A stretch of DNA of 53,260 nucleotides, taken from positions 1-53,260 of the forward strand of contig JAFWWV010000071.1 of NCBI GenBank assembly GCA_017523305.1. Direction: 5' to 3'. The first letter of the stretch is position 1; every line of letters starts with the position of its first letter. The DNA is from Clostridia bacterium (lineage in GTDB: Bacteria; Bacillota; Clostridia; Christensenellales; UBA1242). Made by a program: the position numbers and the translations under genes. Positions 40,980-49,096 of this stretch are shown one piece after another. The notes under the pieces are model-generated. The model saw only the letters and a program-made list of their open reading frames with translations. It made no database searches and had not been told where the DNA came from.

Positions 40980-41423
40980 ATGAAAACATTTATGGCAAAA
41001 CCTCAAACTGTGGAATCAAAATGGTACATTGTTGATGCAACAAATATGCCTCTTGGTAGACTTCCAAGCCAAGTAGCAACAATTTTAAAAGGCAAAAACA
41101 AACCAGAATATACTCCGCACGTTGACACAGGAGACCATGTTATTGTTATAAACAGTGATAAACTTGTTTTAACAGGTAATAAATTAAGAGATAAAAAACA
41201 CTATCATCACACAGGATTTGTCGGTGGCTTAAAGACTGTTGGTTATGATGAACTTATGAGAACAAAATCAGATTTTGTTGTTAGCGAAGCTGTTAAAGGT
41301 ATGCTTCCAAAAAATTCTCTTGGCAGAAAAATGATTAAAAAGTTAAGAGTTTATAAAGATGCTAACCATAACCACGAAGCACAAAAACCAGAAGTTATTA
41401 CATTAAAAGGAGTTAGAGAATAA
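40980..41423 (+). CDS. rplM: 50S ribosomal protein L13
   Basis: KWYIVDA..MPLGRL, and about 147 aa length. Followed by rpsI. Confidence 0.95.
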   Translation: MKTFMAKPQTVESKWYIVDATNMPLGRLPSQVATILKGKNKPEYTPHVDTGDHVIVINSDKLVLTGNKLRDKKHYHHTGFVGGLKTVGYDELMRTKSDFVVSEAVKGMLPKNSLGRKMIKKLRVYKDANHNHEAQKPEVITLKGVRE

Positions 41424-41950
41424 TGGCTGAAGAAGTTAAAAATACAGAAGTTAAAGAAAAAGCTCCTAGAAAACCAAGGACTGTTAAAAAAGAAGCAGTT
41501 GCTACAGAAGTTAAAGCAGCTCCAGTAAAAAGAGTAAGAACTTCAAAGAAAAAAGGTGTTGCAGGACAATACATCGCAACAGGTAGAAGAAAAGATGCTG
41601 TTGCTAGAGTAAGACTTATTGCAAATGGTACAGGTAAAATCACAATCAATAATAGAGATATTAACGAATACCTTTTACTTGATACATTAAAATTAGTTGT
41701 ACGCCAACCATTAGTTTTAACAGAAACTCAAGATAAATATGATGTTATTGCTAACGTTTATGGTGGTGGATACACAGGCCAAACAGGTGCTATCAGACAC
41801 GCTATTGCACGTGCACTTGTTAAAGAAAACGAAAACTTTAAACCAGAACTTAAAAAAGCAGGTTTCTTATCAAGAGATTCAAGAATGAAAGAAAGAAAGA
41901 AATATGGTTTAAAGAAAGCAAGAAAAGCTCCACAATTCTCAAAGAGATAA
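41423..41950 (+). CDS. rpsI: 30S ribosomal protein S9 (with a basic N-terminal extension of about 45 aa)
   Basis: The core ([16 protein letters not shown]...[19 protein letters not shown]...[17 protein letters not shown]) is canonical S9. TAATG coupling to rplM. Confidence 0.93.
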   Translation: MAEEVKNTEVKEKAPRKPRTVKKEAVATEVKAAPVKRVRTSKKKGVAGQYIATGRRKDAVARVRLIANGTGKITINNRDINEYLLLDTLKLVVRQPLVLTETQDKYDVIANVYGGGYTGQTGAIRHAIARALVKENENFKPELKKAGFLSRDSRMKERKKYGLKKARKAPQFSKR

Positions 41951-41992
41951 TCTTTGGAAGTTTTGGAAAAAAACTATTTTCAAAAATCAAAA

Positions 41993-42022
41993 AGAGCATA
42001 CAGTTTTGTATGTTCTTTTTTT
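41993..42022 (+). terminator. rho-independent terminator after rpsI
   Basis: AGAGCATACA/TGTATGTTCT hairpin plus a T-run. Confidence 0.6.
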
Positions 42023-42314
42023 ATTTTCTTTTTAAGGTTAAATAAAGTTGTATGCTTTTTAATATAGACTTAACTTTAAAAAATATTAAAACTTTAAAAA
42101 TTTAAAACTTAAAATTGTAAAAGCCTTATAAAAATTAAAAACTAAAAAATTTAAAAAGTTAAATAAAAAAAATTATAAAAAAGTTTTATAAAATTAATCA
42201 TTTTTTACTTGTCATTTTGCACAAAATAATTTTATAATAGAATCATAAAAAATGTTTGAGTTCTTAATAAAAAGTAACAAAAACTTATATGCAAACTAGG
42301 AGGAGTTATTTAAA

Positions 42315-43238
42315 ATGGATAAAATTTATGATATTGCAATATTAGGTGGCGGCCCAGGAGGTATGACAGCAGCAATTTATGCTAAAAGAGCTGGTCTTGA
42401 TGTTGTAGTCATTGAAAAAAGTGTTCCAGGTGGAGCAGTTGCTACTACTTATGAAGTAGCTAATTATCCAGGATTTACAACAATTTCTGGTATGGATTTA
42501 GCAACAAAAATGTTTGAACATACACAAAGTTTAAACATTGAATTTGCTTGGGACGAAGTTAAAAAAGTTAAAGTTGAAGGCGAAGTTAAAGAAGTTGAAT
42601 GTTACCAAAGTTCATACAAAGCAAAAACTTTAATTTTAGGTTTTGGCGCTAGTGTAAGAAAACTTAACCTTGAAAACGAAAAAAGTTTTATTGGTAAAGG
42701 TATTAGTTACTGTGCAACTTGCGACGGCAACCTATTTAAAGGCAAAACAGTTGCTATTGTTGGTGGTGGTAATACAGCACTTGAAGATTGCTTTTATTTA
42801 AGCAACCTTGCTGAAAAAGTTTATTTAATTCACAGACGTGACGAATTCCGTGGCGACCAAATTTTAGCAGAACAAGTAAAAAATAAAGAAAATATTGAAA
42901 TTGTTTACAACAGTACAGTTTCAAAAATTTCTGGCGACACTGTTTTAAAATCAATTGAAGTTTTAAATAAAGTTACAAACGAAACAACCGAAATTAAACT
43001 TGATGGTTTATTTGTATGTATTGGCCGTGGCCCAGATACAGAAATGGTAGATGGTAACTTAACTTTAAGCGAACAAGGTTATATTGTTACTGATGATTGT
43101 ATGAGAACAAATTACGAAGGTGTTTACGCAATAGGCGATATTCGTCAAACTCCATTAAGACAAATTGTTACTGCTTGTAGCGATGGTGCTATTGCAGCAA
43201 CAAAAGCATTTGAATATATTAAAACACACAAAAAATAA
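42315..43238 (+). CDS. trxB: thioredoxin-disulfide reductase
   Basis: GGGPGGMTAA FAD motif, CATCDG redox centre, GGGNTALED and HRRDEFR NADPH motifs. Confidence 0.92.
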   Translation: MDKIYDIAILGGGPGGMTAAIYAKRAGLDVVVIEKSVPGGAVATTYEVANYPGFTTISGMDLATKMFEHTQSLNIEFAWDEVKKVKVEGEVKEVECYQSSYKAKTLILGFGASVRKLNLENEKSFIGKGISYCATCDGNLFKGKTVAIVGGGNTALEDCFYLSNLAEKVYLIHRRDEFRGDQILAEQVKNKENIEIVYNSTVSKISGDTVLKSIEVLNKVTNETTEIKLDGLFVCIGRGPDTEMVDGNLTLSEQGYIVTDDCMRTNYEGVYAIGDIRQTPLRQIVTACSDGAIAATKAFEYIKTHKK

Positions 43239-43250
43239 AAAGAAGTACAT

Positions 43251-43921
43251 ATGTTTTATATAACAAAAAATTGGTATGAACTGTTAAAAGACGAGTTTGA
43301 AAAAGATTATTTTAAATCGCTTCAAAAATTCTTAAAAACAGAATATGCAACAAAAACTATTTATCCACAAGATAAAAATGTTTTTAATGCACTTAATCAA
43401 ACAAAATATGAAGATGTTAAAGTTGTTATTATTGGTCAAGACCCTTATATAAATGAAGGTCAAGCCCACGGACTATGCTTTTCAGTTGAAAAAGTAGACG
43501 CTCCACCAAGTTTAGTTAATATCTTTAAAGAGTTAAATAGCGAACTTGGTTTGTATATTCCAAATAACGGCAATTTAACAAAATGGGCAAAACAAGGTGT
43601 TTTACTTTTAAACAGTGTTTTAACTGTTGAAAAAGGTAAAAGTTTAGCCATAAAGGTAAGGGGTGGGAAACTTTTACTAAAGAAGTAATTAATAAAATTT
43701 CACAAAAACAAACTCCAGTAGTATTTTTGTTGTGGGGAAACGGTGCAAGAAGTATTGTTAAAGATATTGATTTATCTCGTCATCACGTTTTAACTTGCGC
43801 ACACCCAAGCCCACTTTCAGCATACAATGGATTTTTTGGTTGTGGACATTTTAAAAAATGTAACGAAATTTTGGTGTCTTTAGGTAAGGAACCAATTGAT
43901 TGGCAAATAGAAAATAACTAA
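43251..43921 (+). pseudogene. ung: uracil-DNA glycosylase, family 1, interrupted by a 1-nt frameshift
   Basis: Frame 1 carries GQDPY and [12 protein letters not shown] second frame continues [14 protein letters not shown]...VVFLLWGNGA...HPSPLSA...GCGHF. The shift maps to 43629-43645, which contains A5 and A4 runs. Confidence 0.85.
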
Positions 43922-43923
43922 AT

Positions 43924-43958
43924 AAAACAGCAAGTTTAAATACTTGCTGTTTTTTTTG
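43924..43958 (+). terminator. rho-independent terminator after ung
   Basis: Perfect 10-bp stem AACAGCAAGT/ACTTGCTGTT plus a T-run. Confidence 0.7.
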
Positions 43959-44070
43959 CTTGCTACTATTGATTTATTTTTAAATTTAAATATAATAGGT
44001 TGTAGTAATTAAATTATTTATATACATATATATAATAAAAACTTTAAAAAAATAAAAAATTTTATTTAAA

Positions 44071-44109
44071 GTACTATGCAAACTTTAGTTTAGTACTATG
44101 CAAAGTTTA
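44071..44109 (+). promoter_or_regulatory. tandem 17-nt motif (candidate operator)
   Basis: GTACTATGCAAACTTTA at 44071 and GTACTATGCAAAGTTTA at 44093, 22 bp apart, about 70 bp upstream of the Wzy-like gene. Confidence 0.3.
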
Positions 44110-44178
44110 AAATGTATATTGGCAATAAAAAATAATATTTTTTGCCTAAAAAACAAAATAAAAAGGTGATACAAAAAA

Positions 44179-46047
44179 ATGACAGAAATAGCTGTAAATA
44201 AAAACACAAATAAAAATAGCACTTTTTCAAACCTAAAACCAAAAATTGCAAACGCATTAAACAGTGTTTGGATGATGGTTGTTATTTCACTTCTAATTGC
44301 TGGTTGCTGGGGAATTAATTTTCCTTATGTTTCAATTGGCTTTTTAGTTTTATACGAAATTGCTGTTTTTGTTTTTTGTCCTGAAAATCCAAAAGCAACA
44401 TTACTTCCACTTTTATCTGTTTCATATATGATTAACAGTATTTTTGGTGTTTTTAACTGGATTTATTACGGAACTTGTATTGGTATTTTTATTATTACCG
44501 TTGTAACTTATGTTCTTTTACAAAAATTTAAGTACAAAAAAACTTTTGTAAAAGGCAAAATGTTTTGGTTTTTTGTTTTATCAGCTCTTGGTAACTGTTT
44601 AGCAGGTATTATAGGTCATTTTGGTTGGTTAGAATTTATTATTACCGTTGCTTTATCAATTATTGTTTATGGTATTTATTGGTTCTGCTTAAACTTTATT
44701 AAAGACTATAAAAAATATTTAGCTCAATGCTTTATATTCTTAGCAGTTATTATTACTTTACAACTTGTTATTGCTTATGTAAAAATTGGCGACTTTGCTT
44801 ATGCTATTCAAAATAAAGTAGTTAGAGTAGGTACTGGCGAAATTAACACAGCTGCAATTTTTATGCTCAGTGGCCTTTGTGCTTGTTTTTACCTAGCATT
44901 AAAAAATAAATTTGATTATTTATTTGTTTTACTTGCTATTGTTTTTGATATTGCTATTTATTTTACTTTTTCAAGAATCGCTCTTTTACTTGCAGGAATT
45001 ATTAGTTTAGTATACTTTTTTGTTGTATTTAGATATTCTTCAAACAAAAAATTATTTTTAATTTGTTTAGCAATTGCTATTGTTGCATTAACTACACTTG
45101 TAATTGTTTTTTACGATAAAGTTGTTAACTTGCTTTCATATTACATTAACTTAGGTTTTAAACCTAATGGCAGAAAATCTCTTTGGACTTGGTGCTGGGA
45201 ACAATTTAAGTCTAGTCCAATTTTTGGTATTGGCTATATTACTCGTGATCCACAAGCGTTGGCTGGGGCATATCCAGGACTTACCGATTTAGGTGGTTTT
45301 TCACTTGTAAATTGTCATAACTTCTTTTTACATTACTTAACATGTACTGGTATTGTAGGATTTGTTTTAAATATTCCATTGTATGTTAAAAAATATATGA
45401 TGACATTTAAAAACTTCAACCATTTTAAATTTTTTGCTTTAGTTAACTTTATTGCAATATTTGTTTCAGCATTATTTGATTCTTCACCAAATATGAGTAT
45501 TTTTAATATTACTCCAGTTTTATTACTTTTTGCTTGCATTGAACAAGATAATAATCAAATTGACTTAGAAAAAGAAAAATCAAATAAACCTGAGTTTGAA
45601 AAACTTAATAAAAAAGTTACAAAACAAGAAGAAACACAAACAACTCAAGAAGAACCAGCAGTTAAAGAAACTAAAGAAAAAGAACCAAAACCTAAAAAAT
45701 CAAAGGACAAAAAAAATAAAGACTCTAAAGATTTAAAAGAAGATAAAACTGAAGTTAAAGTTGAAGAACCAAAGGAACAAAAAGAAGAAAAACCTAAAAA
45801 GTCTTCAACTAAAAACCAAAGTTCAAAAAATACTGCTACCAACGAAGAAAAGGAAACAAAACCAAAAACAAAAAAGGCAACTGGTACACGTAAAACTTCT
45901 AAACCAAGTTCAACACCAGCAAAACCAAAAGTTGACGAAACACCTAAAGCAAAATCTTCAAATGTTAATTATGATGACGATACAGAAGCAAAAAAACTAA
46001 CAAGAAAAATTATTGAACTTTCAAGAAGAAACAACAGAAATTATTAA
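44179..46047 (+). CDS. O-antigen ligase/polymerase-like (Wzy_C-type) membrane protein with a Lys/Glu-rich C-terminal tail
   Basis: About 10-12 TM helices. FSRIALLLAG and VNCHNFFLHYLTCTGIVGF resemble the Wzy_C/WaaL loop region. The last roughly 165 aa are low-complexity K/E/T/P. Confidence 0.55.
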   Translation: MTEIAVNKNTNKNSTFSNLKPKIANALNSVWMMVVISLLIAGCWGINFPYVSIGFLVLYEIAVFVFCPENPKATLLPLLSVSYMINSIFGVFNWIYYGTCIGIFIITVVTYVLLQKFKYKKTFVKGKMFWFFVLSALGNCLAGIIGHFGWLEFIITVALSIIVYGIYWFCLNFIKDYKKYLAQCFIFLAVIITLQLVIAYVKIGDFAYAIQNKVVRVGTGEINTAAIFMLSGLCACFYLALKNKFDYLFVLLAIVFDIAIYFTFSRIALLLAGIISLVYFFVVFRYSSNKKLFLICLAIAIVALTTLVIVFYDKVVNLLSYYINLGFKPNGRKSLWTWCWEQFKSSPIFGIGYITRDPQALAGAYPGLTDLGGFSLVNCHNFFLHYLTCTGIVGFVLNIPLYVKKYMMTFKNFNHFKFFALVNFIAIFVSALFDSSPNMSIFNITPVLLLFACIEQDNNQIDLEKEKSNKPEFEKLNKKVTKQEETQTTQEEPAVKETKEKEPKPKKSKDKKNKDSKDLKEDKTEVKVEEPKEQKEEKPKKSSTKNQSSKNTATNEEKETKPKTKKATGTRKTSKPSSTPAKPKVDETPKAKSSNVNYDDDTEAKKLTRKIIELSRRNNRNY

Positions 46048-46051
46048 AAAT

Positions 46052-46089
46052 AAAAAAGAGCAGTTAAATAAAAAACTGTTCTTTTTTTT
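46052..46089 (+). terminator. rho-independent terminator
   Basis: AGAGCAGTT/AACTGTTCT hairpin plus a T8 run. Confidence 0.6.
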
Positions 46090-46266
46090 GTTTTAAAAAC
46101 ATTTTATTTAACAGAATTTTTAATGTAAAAACAAATAAAAAAAGTTATATATTTTAAAAATTTTGTTTTTTATTTTGTTTATATTTTTTAATGTGTTATT
46201 ATAATAAAAATAGTGTGAAAATTGCGCTATTTTTAAAAAATAAAATTAAAAAACAAAGGGGAATAA

Positions 46267-47430
46267 ATGAGTAAGAAAGCTATTGTAGTAGGTGCAGGTT
46301 TTTCTGGTGCTACTTGCGCAAGGTTACTTGCTGATAACGACTTTGATGTAACAGTTATTGAAAAGTTTAATCATATTGGTGGTAACGCTTATGATTATTT
46401 AGATAAAAATATTTTAGTTCATAAATATGGTCCACATATTTTTCATACAAATTTAGATGAGTCTTTTGAGTTTTTATCAAGATTTACAAAATGGTACCCA
46501 TACGAGCATAAAGTTTTAGCAAATTTAAGGGGAAATTATGTTCCTGTTCCATTTAATATGGAAAGTTTAAAAAGATGCTACCCAGAACAAGAGTACCAAG
46601 AAATTAAAAAAATTTCATACGAAGAGTATGGTGAAAATAAAAAAGTTAGCATTTTAGAACTTCGTTCAAACGCAAACCCAAAAATTAAAGATTTTGCAGA
46701 GTTTGTTGTTAAAAACATTTTTGTAAATTATAGTGAAAAACAATGGGGAACAACTATTGATAAACTTGACCCTAATACAATTAGTCGTGTTCCTGTTTAT
46801 ACTTCTTATGAAGATAGATATTTTACTGATAAATATCAATTTCAACCAGTTGATGGTTATACAAGAATGTTTGAAAATATGCTAGCACATAAAAACATTA
46901 AAATATTATTAAATACACAAGCAAAAGATGTTATAACTCTTGTAGGTCATCAAGTTTATTATAATAACGAACCTTTTGATGGCTATGTTGTATTTACTGG
47001 CCCTATTGACGAGTTTTTAGATAATAAATTTGGTAAACTTCCTTACAGGTCTTTAAGATTTGATTTTGAAACTCACGATGTTGATTCTTATCAACCTGCA
47101 GCTGTTGTTAATTATACTGTTGACCAAGATTTTACTCGTATTAGCGAGTTTAAAAAATTTACAACAGTTACACCACCAACAGGCGAAACCATTATTATTA
47201 AAGAATATTCTTTAGAATATAAACAAAACGAAGGTATGATTCCTTATTATCCAATTATTAATGCTGAAAACCTTGAAATGTTTGAAAAGTATAAAAAATA
47301 TTGTTCAGAAATTAAAAACTTTTACTTATTAGGCAGACTTGGCAATTATAAATATATTAATATGGACGTTGCAGTTAAATCAGCAATGGATTTAGCTCAA
47401 GAAATTATAAATAAAGAAAATGGTAGGTAA
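46267..47430 (+). CDS. glf: UDP-galactopyranose mutase
   Basis: VVGAGFSGATCA FAD fold, GGNAYD, HKYGPHIFHTN, and C-terminal GRLGNYKYINMD. Confidence 0.92.
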   Translation: MSKKAIVVGAGFSGATCARLLADNDFDVTVIEKFNHIGGNAYDYLDKNILVHKYGPHIFHTNLDESFEFLSRFTKWYPYEHKVLANLRGNYVPVPFNMESLKRCYPEQEYQEIKKISYEEYGENKKVSILELRSNANPKIKDFAEFVVKNIFVNYSEKQWGTTIDKLDPNTISRVPVYTSYEDRYFTDKYQFQPVDGYTRMFENMLAHKNIKILLNTQAKDVITLVGHQVYYNNEPFDGYVVFTGPIDEFLDNKFGKLPYRSLRFDFETHDVDSYQPAAVVNYTVDQDFTRISEFKKFTTVTPPTGETIIIKEYSLEYKQNEGMIPYYPIINAENLEMFEKYKKYCSEIKNFYLLGRLGNYKYINMDVAVKSAMDLAQEIINKENGR

Positions 47431-47436
47431 TTACAA

Positions 47437-48459
47437 ATGAAATATATCTCTTTTTGTGTTCCTTGCTACAACTCAGCAGCTTATATGGAACATTGTATCG
47501 AAACACTTTTAACAGGTGGCGAAGATGTTGAAATTATTTTAGTAAACGATGGTTCAACTAAAGATAACACAGCAGAAATTGCTGATAAATATGCAAAAAA
47601 ATATCCAACAATTATTAAAGCTATTCATCAAGAAAATGGTGGACACGGTTCAGGTGTAAACCAAGGTATAAAAAACGCAACAGGTTTATACTATAAAGTA
47701 GTTGATAGTGACGATTGGGTTAATGAAGATTCATTAAAAAATGTTCTTAACCAAATTAAAACTTTCCATAAAGAAAAAAATCTTGTAGATATGATTATTT
47801 GTAATTATGTTTATGAGTATACCGAAACAAATACTCAAAGAGTGGTTAACTTAAAAAATGTTTTCCCACAAAACAAAGTTTTTACTTTTGACGAAGCTAA
47901 AAAGTTTAAAAAATCTCAATTTATTGCAATGCATACTGTAATTTACAGAACACAAATTTTAAAAGATATTAAACTTGAACTTCCTAAACATACTTTCTAT
48001 GTAGATAACGTTTTTGTTTATGTTCCACTTCCATATATTAAAACAATGTACTATATGAATGAAGATTTTTATAGATACTTTATTGGTAGGGCAGATCAAT
48101 CAGTTAACGAATCAGTTATTATGAAGCGTATTGACCAACACTTAAAAGTAACTAAAATTTTAATTGATGCTTACGACCTTGACGAAGTTGAAAAACAATC
48201 TAAAAAATTAGCAAAATATATGTCAGATTATGTTTCTATCTTAATGGCTATTACTTCAATTTACCTTATTAAAATTGGCGATAAGGAAGCCTTAGAGAAG
48301 AAAAAAGAATTATGGAAATATCTAAGAGATAAAGACGAAAAACTTTGGAAGAGATGTAAACATAATATCGAAGGCTTAACTGCAACAGATAGCAAATTTG
48401 GTATGGGCCTTTGCAAATTTATTTATAAAATCGCAAGAAAAATTATAAAATTTAATTAA
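47437..48459 (+). CDS. family 2 glycosyltransferase
   Basis: ISFCVPCYNSAAYM, ILVNDGSTKDNT and VVDSDDW (DxD) motifs. Lies 6 nt after glf. Confidence 0.85.
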   Translation: MKYISFCVPCYNSAAYMEHCIETLLTGGEDVEIILVNDGSTKDNTAEIADKYAKKYPTIIKAIHQENGGHGSGVNQGIKNATGLYYKVVDSDDWVNEDSLKNVLNQIKTFHKEKNLVDMIICNYVYEYTETNTQRVVNLKNVFPQNKVFTFDEAKKFKKSQFIAMHTVIYRTQILKDIKLELPKHTFYVDNVFVYVPLPYIKTMYYMNEDFYRYFIGRADQSVNESVIMKRIDQHLKVTKILIDAYDLDEVEKQSKKLAKYMSDYVSILMAITSIYLIKIGDKEALEKKKELWKYLRDKDEKLWKRCKHNIEGLTATDSKFGMGLCKFIYKIARKIIKFN

Positions 48460-48476
48460 TATCAACAAAAAAAAAC

Positions 48477-48511
48477 ACCAAAATCAATTTGGTGTTTTTT
48501 TAATGTTTTGT
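48477..48511. terminator. bidirectional hairpin terminator, copy 1
   Basis: A9-CACCAAA-ATCAA-TTTGGTG-T7. Shares an identical 33-nt core with 49038..49071. Confidence 0.7.
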
Positions 48512-48565
48512 TTATTAATTTAAAATTTTTTATTCATAAGTTTTTATAATTATCTTTAAGTGACC

Positions 48566-48594
48566 TTGACTTTAATTGATTTTTATTTTATAAT
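48566..48594 (+). promoter_or_regulatory. consensus sigma-A promoter
   Basis: TTGACT, exactly 17 nt spacer, TATAAT. A GAAGGGG RBS follows before the ATG at 48629. Confidence 0.6.
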
Positions 48595-48628
48595 AAAATA
48601 AAATTAAGGTAAAAAGAAGGGGAAAATT

Positions 48629-49030
48629 ATGAGTGAAGATAAAAAACAAGAACCAAAAGAATATAAATATCAACATTTTTCGGGTGTAATTGATGTGTTT
48701 CATAAAGAAGATACTAAAGGTCTTAATGAAGAAGATCTTAAAGGTCTTAGAGAACATCCGGTTATACAAACACCTAGTTCTTCAGCTAGTGCAGAAATTA
48801 TAGAAGGAATTATAGCTAATCATTCTTCTAAAAGTTCCAGTTCAGAAGAAATGGCGGCTACTTATGGAAGTGTAGATACATCTGTTTTAGGTTCACATGA
48901 ACTAAAAGATATAGATGTTTTGCCACCACAAGATGTTTTAGATCAAATGAAAGCAATTCACGCAAGTAAAGAAGGCTCTACTGAAGATACACAAGTAGGT
49001 ACTCCACCTGTTGTTAATCCAGAAGCTTAA
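48629..49030 (+). CDS. small acidic Ser-rich protein, likely disordered, function unknown
   Basis: 133-aa ORF with a strong promoter, RBS and terminator. No TM segment or signal peptide. Internal KEDTKGLNEEDLKGL duplication and SSS runs. Confidence 0.55.
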   Translation: MSEDKKQEPKEYKYQHFSGVIDVFHKEDTKGLNEEDLKGLREHPVIQTPSSSASAEIIEGIIANHSSKSSSSEEMAATYGSVDTSVLGSHELKDIDVLPPQDVLDQMKAIHASKEGSTEDTQVGTPPVVNPEA

Positions 49031-49037
49031 TATAAAC

Positions 49038-49071
49038 AAAAAAACACCAAAATCAATTTGGTGTTTTTTTT
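49038..49071. terminator. bidirectional hairpin terminator, copy 2
   Basis: Same AAAAAAACACCAAAATCAATTTGGTGTTTTTTT core as copy 1. Serves the convergent small ORF and the IlvD-like gene. Confidence 0.7.
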
Positions 49072-49096
49072 ATTGCTTTTTAATATAAAAACTTAA

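Noticed and set aside
43251-43921. Programmed ribosomal frameshifting in ung.
   Set aside because: There is no slippery heptamer plus downstream structure, and no precedent in the family. A 1-nt deletion or homopolymer miscall is the simpler explanation.
45645-46000. Alternative-frame ORFs (65 aa on the minus strand, 79 aa on the plus strand) in the 3' part of the Wzy-like gene.
   Set aside because: They arise from the low-complexity AAA/GAA repeat sequence of the K/E-rich tail. They have no RBS and are fully nested in a longer ORF.
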